Origin: a virus
Taxonomy: Duplodnaviria > Caudoviricetes
DNA length: 64,000 nt
IMG/VR virus record: IMGVR_UViG_3300032293_001441
Coordinates: 1,948 to 65,947 of that record
Direction: 5' to 3' (one strand)
Part shown: positions 10,460 through 20,291 of the stretch, piece after piece
How positions within the stretch are numbered: the first letter of the stretch is position 1
Layout: each line of letters starts with the position of its first letter
Notes under the pieces: generated by a model
What the model was told of the DNA's origin: nothing
The model's database searches: none
The model's input: the letters and a program-made list of their open reading frames with translations, nothing else
Translations under genes and position numbers: made by a program

Positions 10460-11089
10460 TTACGTTTTTACGCGAACCGTCACCGGTATAGTTATAGATC
10501 CTCCGCTTTCGTTACCTACCACCGTTAGGTTTGTCACTGTCGTGGTAGTAAGGGCGGAATTTGGAACAAATCTAAATCTGAGCCCCAACGCAACTTGTGC
10601 GGTTGTGGATGATACATCTCCAATAAATGTCGGTATAGTTGATGTACTCGTTACTTGTAATTGTTCTCCTATGATAGTACCAACGTTTTTATTAGCCAAA
10701 ACGGCAGTATATCCAAGAGTTGTATTGTATACTGGGTTCGTGCTTGGTACAATAACGACTTCGCCCTTATAATCTTTATCAACGTCGATGGAACTTTGCC
10801 CGAGAGATATAATAGGTATAGATTCTACGCCCGAAGGTAGTGTGACTAATTTATATTTTAGTGCCTGCGTCTCATCCGTAAATGCTTCAAATACTGGAGT
10901 ATTACGAATTGCCAAGTCATAGTACGCAGAACCCTGTGGGTGATTGGGTTGATAAAGGCGATAATCGATCTCATCGTCCGACAGCGCATAAGATGTAATA
11001 TTTAGGCCACCTTTGGCCGCAAGTAGTTCTCTGCCTTTTTTCGTGAGAACCGCATCTACAGTGATAGTTTCGTTATTGATGTACGCCAT
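10460..11089 (-). CDS. Virion structural protein (tail/baseplate)
   Basis: DAVLTKKGRELLA...ALSDDEIDY motif typical of baseplate/tail-collar proteins of large phages; context. Confidence 0.65.
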   Translation of the reverse strand: MAYINNETITVDAVLTKKGRELLAAKGGLNITSYALSDDEIDYRLYQPNHPQGSAYYDLAIRNTPVFEAFTDETQALKYKLVTLPSGVESIPIISLGQSSIDVDKDYKGEVVIVPSTNPVYNTTLGYTAVLANKNVGTIIGEQLQVTSTSTIPTFIGDVSSTTAQVALGLRFRFVPNSALTTTTVTNLTVVGNESGGSITIPVTVRVKT

Positions 11090-11140
11090 ATAGGTTTCTT
11101 TCTAAATAAATATATATGTTAAATCCTTTTTTTACTTATT

Positions 11141-14100
11141 TTATACTGTTTTTGATATTACTGGTTCGCTATTATCCAATAGTCCAGTGCTTGCATCCAC
11201 GGTAGTTTTTTTATTCTGACTTCCTTTTACCCATTTAAATGATCTTCCCGTGTTATCGAATGAATGTATTTCTTTTTTCGAGAATTGTTGCTTTTTATAT
11301 TTGTAGTGAGTATGAAAATATCCATCCAACAATACGGAACTTGATGGCTTATATGACAAAGATAGAGTTTTTTGATAATTTACTCCCTGCGTGAGTCGAG
11401 CAAACAGCGGACCCGTGGTTTTTTCTATAAATTCTGAAAATACAGATCCACCGTCAGTTGAAGAAATGATAAAATAATATTCTGGCCCGACTTGTAGATT
11501 TGTATAAAATCCGTTCGTAGAAATAGTACCTTCAAATATTGGATTTCCGTCTAAATCCAAATTGAATAGACCAGAGTAAAAAACCGGATAACTCAATTTT
11601 GGGTCATACGAACCAGAAACATTTAGTGGTGAATTTATTTGTCCATATATTTGTACGGACGGAGAAATTTTCTCAAAAATTGATCCGGTTATAATACCTT
11701 CAATTGTATGTGCAGAATTTATAGCAATATCCGCCCAGCCCAAATATCCAACGTTGAAACTCGTTTTTCCGCTGAAATATATACTTGTTGGAGATTGGCC
11801 TTGAGAAATATCAGGAACCGCCCACATAGATGCAGTCATTGGGTATGACGTTGGATTTGGTAGTCCTACCAAATTTATTTTTTCATACGACTTATTGATA
11901 GTTTGGACTTTTCGATTAAAATCCGTGTTCGTATCCGGAGGCAACGTATTATTATCCAAGACTTTTGATCTGAGTACTGAATACTTTTTATTTACTTTTA
12001 CAACGTCGCAGCGATAATATGTGTTGTTATAATAAGTCAACCCATTTTCAGAATATACACCAAACCCGAATTCAGAAAAATCTGAATCATAAAATGATTG
12101 ATTTATATCGTTATTCAAACTAGTCCCCGTATCAAAACTGTATTCTACAGATGCAGTATGTTGAGGAAGATTTGTTGCAATTACTTCTTTCTTTGATGTA
12201 AGATCTGCTACTTTTTGCTCAATATTTTGTTTTACCAGTGGTTTGATTTCAAGTTTTGGTCTTTCTAGTATCGTAGGCTCAATCAATATGCCATCTACGA
12301 GTTTTGCTCTTGCGGGTATAAGTCCCCTGATATACTTGAACATCGCCTTATCGAAATAAAAACGAACGATGTTCATGAAGAAACTAAAATCTATGTTTCC
12401 AAATCCTTGATCGTAATATATCTGCTTGAACTTTTCAAATTTGTCATACGAGCGTTTGTATACGTCCGAAGGATCTCCAATCAAATCTCCCAGAGGGAAT
12501 TCCCCGAAGAATTTTATGATTTCTGTATTTTGTATTTCGGACGGGGAGAAGAAAATTCCAAGTTTATTCGCATCTACGTTGGACAATTCACTTGCTTTGA
12601 ATGACGCTCTTGTTTCGGAAGAAAGATTTGTCACCAATTCTTGTTCAATGTAATTTATCTTGTTACTTCTAAATTTGTTTGAACCATAGTCCGGAAGATT
12701 CATTACGGTTCTTACGTCTTTTCTGGAAAATTGATATGGAAATGCTGGACCTTCCGAGGGATCGCAATACGTAGTTTGGTCTAGTGGACCAAGTATTTGT
12801 GGAAAGTTTATGGCAGCAAATGTAGGAAAGTCGCTTCTAAAAGAAAGATTGTTTAGTAAAATTCCATATGGAACCGGATCAAACAAATCCACAGGTCTTT
12901 CAAACGATATTCTATAAAGATTATCCGAAACCATCTGTTGCGGAGTTTCAAGATCATACGCATTTCTGTTCAATGTATGAGCGATAAATCTTTCAGTGGA
13001 AATCGGAGATTCCCATATTCTTATATCGTCAATATTTCCAAAAAATGCCTCCGGATCAATACTCAAAGACGCGGTGTTTTGATTGTAATTTCCAATATAC
13101 AAATAAGATCCAGATTCGAATGAATCGTTATAACTTCCGCTAAGGAATGCACTAGCAGAAACATAGTATGTTATAAGATCATCTTCAGATTTTTGCAGCA
13201 ATAAATCATATTTGGTCGGATATTCATTTAATGAAGCCGTTGCACCAAATAAAGGTTCAACATCATTCCTTCTGAGTAGTGCTTTATATGAATTTCCATC
13301 AAATATTGGTGCTCTGGAAGTAAGTATAGACTTTACTTCTCCGGAACCATCATCGATGCTAAAGAACAAAGTTCCCCAATCTTTACCTTTTTCACGAACT
13401 GCTCCCACTACCCATGTATCGGAACAATTTACTAATCTGAATATCTTACCATCATCGTGAGTCTTTTTTGTGTCAAATCTGAAACTAAATTCTATAGACT
13501 GAGCACTACCTGTCCAATCCAACTTGAAATATTCACCACTTCCGCTGAAATATGGCTCATACTTTACTTCTTCTACAATATACAATGACTTATCGGTCAA
13601 ATCACTGGAGTTTTGTATACCACCATATTCTTTTATCTTGATTATATTCTTTGGTACACCAAAGCACGAAATCAAAGCATTCAATGATGCCTCGGTTCCT
13701 TTTGTTTTGTAGATGTATGGCAGTGTATTGAGTATACGCTTCCATATTATCTGATTTCTTTGTTCTTCCGAAAACTCTCGTGCTTTTGAGTATAATGGAG
13801 ACTCTGGATCAAAATCGGATTTTGAAAATGTAGACAATATAAGCGGGAGATTATCTTTTGATATTTCAACATTCCATCCAAGAGACTGTAGCATGTCTCC
13901 AACAATACTTGTTGATATTCCAACATTTGGAGAACTCGACGTATTATTTTTCTCGGTATATTGTTTAGCAGCCAATGAAATATTATCAAAGAAATGACCG
14001 ACCATACCAACAAACTTGATATAGTCTGCGTTATTGTCCGCATCTTCTATCATAAACTGAGGTAAGTTATTTATCAACGATCCTCCGTTTTCTTTATCGT

Positions 14101-15814
14101 ACAAAGAAGCGGAAGTATATCCGTCCATTTCTCTTGTATGCTCATCGTACCACATCGGGTTGTCATACAGGAATTTCTCATATCCGTCCATTCCCGCTTC
14201 TATCTGATCTATTTCATCATTTGCATCAGATTTTTGTTTCAAATAAAATGCATCGCTTGGGTTGGAAGTAAGTTTTACATCCAAAACTACTATTTCTTCC
14301 ACCAATTCTTCTATTCTAGTTCTTTTACTTTCAAATGATTTTAATCGCAAGTCTACGGAAGAAAAGTTTACAAAATTTTCAAAACTTCTATAATCTGTCG
14401 TATCTATAAATCGCTGAGACTTCGCATCTAATTTACTATTCAATTCATTGTACAAACTACCCGTTTCACCTACGAGTTGTTCCATAGATAGCGCTTCGGA
14501 TGAATTTCCTTCACTTTCTATTTTTATTAGAAAATTTGGACCGCGTAGAGGTATAGTATTTATTACCTGCCTTGAATAAAAATAAACATTTTGAACGATT
14601 GGCAAGAACGCAAAGTCGCATGAAATCCATGCGTCACTATTTAGTTCCACGTCATCCGGCAGTGGTTCTAGTAATTTCAATGCCAATACATCATAAAATC
14701 TTGAATCACTCGTCGCGATAGATTTTCTATTGATTATTGATATAGGTTTTTTTCCAGGTATATTCAAATAATACTTGAAATACCCAGATAAATTTACGTT
14801 ATACTTTTGTTCTAACCCCAATATTATAGGATAAAATATATTATTGTAGAATATTGCCTGCAAAAATTCCACAATCTGAGGATATGTGTCTGGCTTCGTA
14901 TTTGTTATACGATTTAATTCTTGATCTATAACATACAAGAACAGACTGTAATAATAGTCTCTGACACCCTCGAAGGAATACCCGGATTCATAATTTTGAT
15001 ATAGCCAATTCTTAAATTGATCGTATATACCAATTATATCGTTTGTAGCATATTGCCCGCTACTTTTTAGCATCCCTCGTCTCACTCCGTAGTATATGTC
15101 AGTCAAAAATGAAACAACATCAACGTCCCGTTTGAAACTATAGTTAAACTTTAAAGCATCGGCTCCGATTGGGTCTAGTAAAGCGACATTGTTGTAAATT
15201 TGATACATCTCGGGAGCAGACATCCCAAATAACAACCCGTCCGCAACCTCTTTGATCAGTATTAAATTGTTTGAAAACAATTCAAATTCCGTGTTGATTT
15301 TGGATTCAGTACCTTTTAACGTTTTTGGTATTAGGCCAACTTCTTTTCTGGTGTTAGAAACTACATTAACAGAAAGTTTATTTTCCGGTCCACTCTCCGC
15401 ACCTATGATGTTTCTCCCCAATTCTATATAAATCTTGTAGTTTCCATTTTGTATACCAAGATTATTTAAATTTCTACTTACATCAAAAAATAACGATTGT
15501 GTTTCTGTACCAAGTATTACAAAGTCGGTAGTATATTTCTTGTAAGAATATGTTATGAACTGGTTGAATACATCGTAATATGACGATGTTACAGACGAAT
15601 ACGATCCCTCGGAGTATATTACGGACGAAGTAATAAAAGTATCTTCTAAATTATATACACCAAACCGGATATAATCTTGTTCGGATTGACCGAATGGAAA
15701 ATTCTTGAAAGTATTTCCATCAGTATAATATTCCAAATCTTCTTTTTTCAAAAACGATCCATAACTCAAAGATGAGGTGGAAGTTACTGTATATTTTATA
15801 TCAGATAAGTTCAT
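11141..15814 (-). CDS. Large baseplate wedge-like structural protein
   Basis: 1557 aa. LPYIYKTKGTEASLNALISCFG resembles the P2 gpI / T4 gp7-type wedge motif; internal LamG-like segment (GNIDDIRIW). Confidence 0.7.
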   Translation of the reverse strand: MNLSDIKYTVTSTSSLSYGSFLKKEDLEYYTDGNTFKNFPFGQSEQDYIRFGVYNLEDTFITSSVIYSEGSYSSVTSSYYDVFNQFITYSYKKYTTDFVILGTETQSLFFDVSRNLNNLGIQNGNYKIYIELGRNIIGAESGPENKLSVNVVSNTRKEVGLIPKTLKGTESKINTEFELFSNNLILIKEVADGLLFGMSAPEMYQIYNNVALLDPIGADALKFNYSFKRDVDVVSFLTDIYYGVRRGMLKSSGQYATNDIIGIYDQFKNWLYQNYESGYSFEGVRDYYYSLFLYVIDQELNRITNTKPDTYPQIVEFLQAIFYNNIFYPIILGLEQKYNVNLSGYFKYYLNIPGKKPISIINRKSIATSDSRFYDVLALKLLEPLPDDVELNSDAWISCDFAFLPIVQNVYFYSRQVINTIPLRGPNFLIKIESEGNSSEALSMEQLVGETGSLYNELNSKLDAKSQRFIDTTDYRSFENFVNFSSVDLRLKSFESKRTRIEELVEEIVVLDVKLTSNPSDAFYLKQKSDANDEIDQIEAGMDGYEKFLYDNPMWYDEHTREMDGYTSASLYDKENGGSLINNLPQFMIEDADNNADYIKFVGMVGHFFDNISLAAKQYTEKNNTSSSPNVGISTSIVGDMLQSLGWNVEISKDNLPLILSTFSKSDFDPESPLYSKAREFSEEQRNQIIWKRILNTLPYIYKTKGTEASLNALISCFGVPKNIIKIKEYGGIQNSSDLTDKSLYIVEEVKYEPYFSGSGEYFKLDWTGSAQSIEFSFRFDTKKTHDDGKIFRLVNCSDTWVVGAVREKGKDWGTLFFSIDDGSGEVKSILTSRAPIFDGNSYKALLRRNDVEPLFGATASLNEYPTKYDLLLQKSEDDLITYYVSASAFLSGSYNDSFESGSYLYIGNYNQNTASLSIDPEAFFGNIDDIRIWESPISTERFIAHTLNRNAYDLETPQQMVSDNLYRISFERPVDLFDPVPYGILLNNLSFRSDFPTFAAINFPQILGPLDQTTYCDPSEGPAFPYQFSRKDVRTVMNLPDYGSNKFRSNKINYIEQELVTNLSSETRASFKASELSNVDANKLGIFFSPSEIQNTEIIKFFGEFPLGDLIGDPSDVYKRSYDKFEKFKQIYYDQGFGNIDFSFFMNIVRFYFDKAMFKYIRGLIPARAKLVDGILIEPTILERPKLEIKPLVKQNIEQKVADLTSKKEVIATNLPQHTASVEYSFDTGTSLNNDINQSFYDSDFSEFGFGVYSENGLTYYNNTYYRCDVVKVNKKYSVLRSKVLDNNTLPPDTNTDFNRKVQTINKSYEKINLVGLPNPTSYPMTASMWAVPDISQGQSPTSIYFSGKTSFNVGYLGWADIAINSAHTIEGIITGSIFEKISPSVQIYGQINSPLNVSGSYDPKLSYPVFYSGLFNLDLDGNPIFEGTISTNGFYTNLQVGPEYYFIISSTDGGSVFSEFIEKTTGPLFARLTQGVNYQKTLSLSYKPSSSVLLDGYFHTHYKYKKQQFSKKEIHSFDNTGRSFKWVKGSQNKKTTVDASTGLLDNSEPVISKTV

Positions 15815-16032
15815 AACTCCGTAAATTGAGTTTCAATTCTAGTTTCAACTTTTACTGGCTCATATATCACGTTTTTTAGTTCTATGCTTATGGATGAACT
15901 ATACAACTGACCAGTAACATTTTGTATGATTAGATTAGAATATTCGTCTATATTTGGTACAATATAACCGGTGTTCAATAAACTTTCTACATCCGCCTGA
16001 TTATATCCAGTTAGATTTGGGTTGGCTTTCAT
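15811..16032 (-). CDS. Small hypothetical structural-module protein
   Basis: 73-aa ORF overlapping both neighbours by ATGA-type coupling. Confidence 0.65.
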   Translation of the reverse strand: MKANPNLTGYNQADVESLLNTGYIVPNIDEYSNLIIQNVTGQLYSSSISIELKNVIYEPVKVETRIETQFTEL

Positions 16033-17369
16033 CTAGAAATCTTGAATGTTGTTGGAATAGTATAGGTCAATATTGACCCACTTTGTTCTGAACGTATTTC
16101 AACCTTGTAGTATCGTTCAGACGCGAGTCCGCTTGTATCAAGCATAAAATAGTTTCCTGTTGGATCACAACTTAGGCGAGTAAAATCATCATACGGAAGT
16201 ATTGTTTCTTCGCTTTCTGCATCCTTGATTTGGTAATAACTGGATGACGGTAGATAGTATGGCGAAAGATAATCGGAGAATCTATTAGTAAATGTTTTTA
16301 CTGGATATCTTTGTCTTGCGGCGACATCCATACGAACAATGGAACCAAACTTATATTCTCTTGCCATATTCTTCATATTTACTACGGCATCGCGTAGTTG
16401 TATAGCATCCGCACTACCAGTATTGATGGTAGAATCATACCAGCATACATCAATATATGGAGAATATATTGTGTTGGTTTCTTTGCTAAAGAACTTCAAT
16501 GATCCATAATCCACAGAACTTGATTCGTCTGCGTGCATCAATATGAAACCTTCGTTTGGTATTGCTCTAGTAAGCCAAGCATTTACTATTGGAGTAACAT
16601 CCATTCTTACGTCGGATGTTTGATAGTCAAAATATTGATAGCAAGCGTATGAACCTGTCGATATTATGCTGGACGAAACTGGTGGAACATAACTGCTTGT
16701 AGGACAATCTGGGAATGGGTTGTATTGACTTATGTTTGGATACTCGGCATATCCAGAACCAGATGCGATAGAGGCACTGTTCAACCACCATACACCACCA
16801 CCACTACAATCGGTAAGTGATCCAGTGTTCCACCATTTTTGTATCTGGTCGGCACTATAAAACTTCCAGTTTGCTCCGTCAGAAGTGGATGCGCCATCGT
16901 ATTTGTATCCTGTTCCCATCGCCCAAGACTGCGAAACAGGATATGCGGCAAGAGAATAACGAACTGGCACTTCTTGCGACTCACAAATCTTCAAGTTCAA
17001 AAAAAACTTAGGACTGGCGATTGTTCCCGCCGCTATAGATTGCGATATGGTAGATAAGTCAAAATGTAAAAGTGCTCGTGATAAAACAGCACCCATAGTA
17101 GTTGGACCAGATACATCTTTATATGAACTGGATACTATTCTTGGATCCGTAGAACCAGAATCAAAAGACGCCGATTTTGGTCCATTCAATAGTTCTATGC
17201 TTGAACTGGTATAAGAAACCAATACAGGAAATGTACTTGTGCTTGAACAACTATAGCCAGAGACCCGCTTCTCAACTTCTAACAGTTCGTCCAAACCCAT
17301 ATTTTTGTACATATAGGTTGGATAGTTGGTTATAAACGTGTCTTTTGTTGGATATAAAAAGTAGTGCAT
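16029..17369 (-). CDS. Virion structural protein (DNRLRE-like domain)
   Basis: KDTFI...SRALLHFDL...DVTPIVNAW...NEGFIL...FFSKETNTIYSP pattern. Confidence 0.6.
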   Translation of the reverse strand: MHYFLYPTKDTFITNYPTYMYKNMGLDELLEVEKRVSGYSCSSTSTFPVLVSYTSSSIELLNGPKSASFDSGSTDPRIVSSSYKDVSGPTTMGAVLSRALLHFDLSTISQSIAAGTIASPKFFLNLKICESQEVPVRYSLAAYPVSQSWAMGTGYKYDGASTSDGANWKFYSADQIQKWWNTGSLTDCSGGGVWWLNSASIASGSGYAEYPNISQYNPFPDCPTSSYVPPVSSSIISTGSYACYQYFDYQTSDVRMDVTPIVNAWLTRAIPNEGFILMHADESSSVDYGSLKFFSKETNTIYSPYIDVCWYDSTINTGSADAIQLRDAVVNMKNMAREYKFGSIVRMDVAARQRYPVKTFTNRFSDYLSPYYLPSSSYYQIKDAESEETILPYDDFTRLSCDPTGNYFMLDTSGLASERYYKVEIRSEQSGSILTYTIPTTFKISR

Positions 17370-17424
17370 TTATATATTTCTTTACTTTATAAATATAAAC
17401 ACCCAACAGATATTCTGTATATAT

Positions 17425-19380
17425 TTATGCTACTCTGCCTACTATATCTTTAGTTGGAAAACGTACTTCAAACACCGATGGATCTATGGATGGATATATA
17501 ACATTATCTACTGTGGCCTTTTCGATGTCATATTCATACTGAGAATAGTCGCCATCTTTTAGTGTAAGATTTTTTACACGCAACTGAGTTACGGACTGAA
17601 CGCCATCTACCTTGGCGATTTCCAGTTCCAATCTGCTAAGATTGATTGGCTGACAGAACTTTACATTGTTTATGTCAAAATATTGCTGTACTAGTGTTAA
17701 GCAATTAGCCAAAACTTCACGCTTATTATAGTTTTTATAAACAATAATGCTAAAATCTACACCAATGTTAATAACATATCCATCCAAAATGTTAATACTG
17801 TCTGTCAGCATTCTATACTGGTTTAAATAGTTTTTTAGATTGGTGCGTATTGCTTCGTTTGTGGGAATCAATCGCTGGCTGTTATCATAACACAGAACAT
17901 ATAAGTTAATAGCAAATGGATTATTTTTGTCTGGGTCTACTCTATTTACTGTACCGGGCGACAAACTTCCAGTTTGTATAGGAGAAGGGTTGGCCTGTAT
18001 ATTAGCCATATCCAACTGAGTATCCGTGACGGCATATACCTTTGCAATAGAACCATACTTTGCTGGCATCGCGTGCGTTCTTACTTCATAATCGCTTTGG
18101 GTTACTGCACGATTTTGAGCAGCAAAATATGCAAGTGCATTATTTCGGATTTCGTCATTAGTTTCCGCAGCCTTTCCTCCAGTTGCCGGTGTTGGATTAT
18201 TTACCCGAACCGAGCGGCGAACTAAATTTGTTAAATTTAATTCCAACAACCCAAGTTCTGTCAAATCTCCGAAAAATTCAACGGAACTTACATTTTTTAT
18301 TGAATTTGCATTTACATTACTTTCTACGCCGCCACCAACTACATATCTTACAGTCAATGTTGTGTTTGATGGAGCCTGCCCAAATGCTTTGGATGATAGA
18401 AAATTTGATGGATCGTATGCAATATTTTCTGCTCTGAACGTGGTGGGTTTATTTACTGTGAATGCGTTAGGTACAATCAACTCGTCGTCTTTTATGCTAG
18501 TACCAGAACCAAATTCTAAGAATGTATTATTTTCGGCATCCACTCCCGTGACAAATCGCTTTGATGTACGCAAATATCTCAACAAAAATGGAGTAGTATC
18601 TCGATGAGCAGACAGCGTTATGTTGTTTTTGTAGATGTTTTCGTAATCTATTGGAACCAAGTCTTGTGCCAAATAATCAGTCTCATACCATCTATTACCG
18701 TCCGAATCATATACGTCTAAAACTTCTATAACATTTGTATCGTCTAAATATAATTTTAAAAATGGAACAGGATCTGAAACTGAAATATTTTTGGTTATAA
18801 TCTGGCCCGAAAACGCATCTACGGTCTTTTTTAAAACAAAAAACTCTGGCTGGCCCGCCGCGTTTCTTTGAAATACAGAAATTTCCAGTGGATCGTTTTT
18901 TGTGTCCACTGTAAAATCGACCGGAGCATTTGTAATAAATGCTACGTTTGTATCACTGGTGGTTGCCATTCCTGGTTTTATTATCTGTGCATAATTTAAA
19001 TCTGGGACCATTTCTCCCACATCATTCATTTTTGACGGAACTAATTGATAAACATCCAATTTAGTGACCGAAGGAGTGGTCGTTTTTGCTTTATATCCAA
19101 CCGACTTTGCCGCGTCTATGATATTTTTTCTTTCTTCTGAATTTACTAGCATTGATTCTTTAAATTGATAATCTATGTAGTAAGATAGAACGTCTCCTAC
19201 GTATGCAACCATTTCCATAAACATCATGCCGGTAGAAGCATCACTAAAATCTCTGTAAGTATTTGGATAATATGTCTTTGCAAAATCTATTAAAGACTGC
19301 TTTAATTGCGAAAAATCTTTATTTAGATACTTTATATCTTTCTTTTCTGGTTTGAATGATTTTGGTGTATCTAATATCAT
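17425..19380 (-). CDS. Baseplate wedge protein (T4 gp6 / baseplate J-like)
   Basis: KDFSQLKQSL...DVLSYYID, GG...ETNDEIR...QNRAVTQSDY motifs; adjacent to gp25. Confidence 0.88.
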   Translation of the reverse strand: MILDTPKSFKPEKKDIKYLNKDFSQLKQSLIDFAKTYYPNTYRDFSDASTGMMFMEMVAYVGDVLSYYIDYQFKESMLVNSEERKNIIDAAKSVGYKAKTTTPSVTKLDVYQLVPSKMNDVGEMVPDLNYAQIIKPGMATTSDTNVAFITNAPVDFTVDTKNDPLEISVFQRNAAGQPEFFVLKKTVDAFSGQIITKNISVSDPVPFLKLYLDDTNVIEVLDVYDSDGNRWYETDYLAQDLVPIDYENIYKNNITLSAHRDTTPFLLRYLRTSKRFVTGVDAENNTFLEFGSGTSIKDDELIVPNAFTVNKPTTFRAENIAYDPSNFLSSKAFGQAPSNTTLTVRYVVGGGVESNVNANSIKNVSSVEFFGDLTELGLLELNLTNLVRRSVRVNNPTPATGGKAAETNDEIRNNALAYFAAQNRAVTQSDYEVRTHAMPAKYGSIAKVYAVTDTQLDMANIQANPSPIQTGSLSPGTVNRVDPDKNNPFAINLYVLCYDNSQRLIPTNEAIRTNLKNYLNQYRMLTDSINILDGYVINIGVDFSIIVYKNYNKREVLANCLTLVQQYFDINNVKFCQPINLSRLELEIAKVDGVQSVTQLRVKNLTLKDGDYSQYEYDIEKATVDNVIYPSIDPSVFEVRFPTKDIVGRVA

Positions 19381-19787
19381 ATATTTCCGGCGGTTACGTT
19401 GACTTCCAGGATCTGCGTTTCCATCTCACCAATACTCGGTACAGTATACAATACCTTGACATATATTCTATATTTGTCATTATGTTCTGTAGTATTTGTG
19501 CTAACTTGTACACTGTTGATGTTCACGTATGGCATCCACCGAGTAACATCTCTCCGTATAGTATTTTCTATTATTGGAGAAATTTCTTCGGTATAATTTT
19601 CAAATAATACACTCCATAGTCCAGAACCAAACTCCGGATTTCTTCTTCGTTCTCCCTTTTTTGTTCTGAATAATAAATTTAAATTTGATTTTATTTGTTC
19701 TAGTATACTATAACTCTGATTAAAATAGCCCTGTGGCCCATGTGTTATGGGCAAAGTTATACCGTAAGGCTGTGTTAATGTTGCCAT
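19377..19787 (-). CDS. Baseplate wedge subunit, gp25 / GPW family
   Basis: NLNLLFRTKKGER..NPEFGSGL..LFE, RWMPYV. Confidence 0.9.
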   Translation of the reverse strand: MATLTQPYGITLPITHGPQGYFNQSYSILEQIKSNLNLLFRTKKGERRRNPEFGSGLWSVLFENYTEEISPIIENTIRRDVTRWMPYVNINSVQVSTNTTEHNDKYRIYVKVLYTVPSIGEMETQILEVNVTAGNI

Positions 19788-19792
19788 CTATT

Positions 19793-20248
19793 TTATGCAG
19801 GTCTCTTGGCTTTCGCCTTGGCGTCGGCGGCTTTTATGAGTTTTGAATAATCTCTAGTCAATGCATTTGCCACCGCAGCAACTTCTTTATTCTCGTTCAA
19901 TGCGTCTTTTGGTAAAGTTTTAATAACATCCAACGCAGAAGATACCTGAGTTTGTTCTTCGGTAGGAACGCCGCCAACGGTTTCGTTCAATACTTGATTG
20001 AGAAGTGGATTTTTTGTAAACATCTTTGGTACAGGGGCCGGTTGCTTCTTTATTGGTTCTTCTAGCCCAACATTAAAGTTTGGCTTTTTTGCGGGAATCT
20101 GTTCAAACTGTTTTCTAGACTCGAGTATTTCCGTCGATTTTTCACTCATTTTTTCGGCCAAAACTTCCATTAGAAGTTGAGGAAGCGCATTATGCACTTC
20201 TTCTTTTACTAAAGTTCTTATAATTTCAACTAATTCTGTCTTTTTCAT
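19793..20248 (-). CDS. Hypothetical protein
   Basis: 151-aa ORF, MKKTELVEIIRTLVKEEV N-terminus, KNPLLNQVLNET motif. Confidence 0.75.
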   Translation of the reverse strand: MKKTELVEIIRTLVKEEVHNALPQLLMEVLAEKMSEKSTEILESRKQFEQIPAKKPNFNVGLEEPIKKQPAPVPKMFTKNPLLNQVLNETVGGVPTEEQTQVSSALDVIKTLPKDALNENKEVAAVANALTRDYSKLIKAADAKAKAKRPA

Positions 20249-20291
20249 ATATATACGTCTTTCTATAAATATTATACTGATTGAAAACTTA

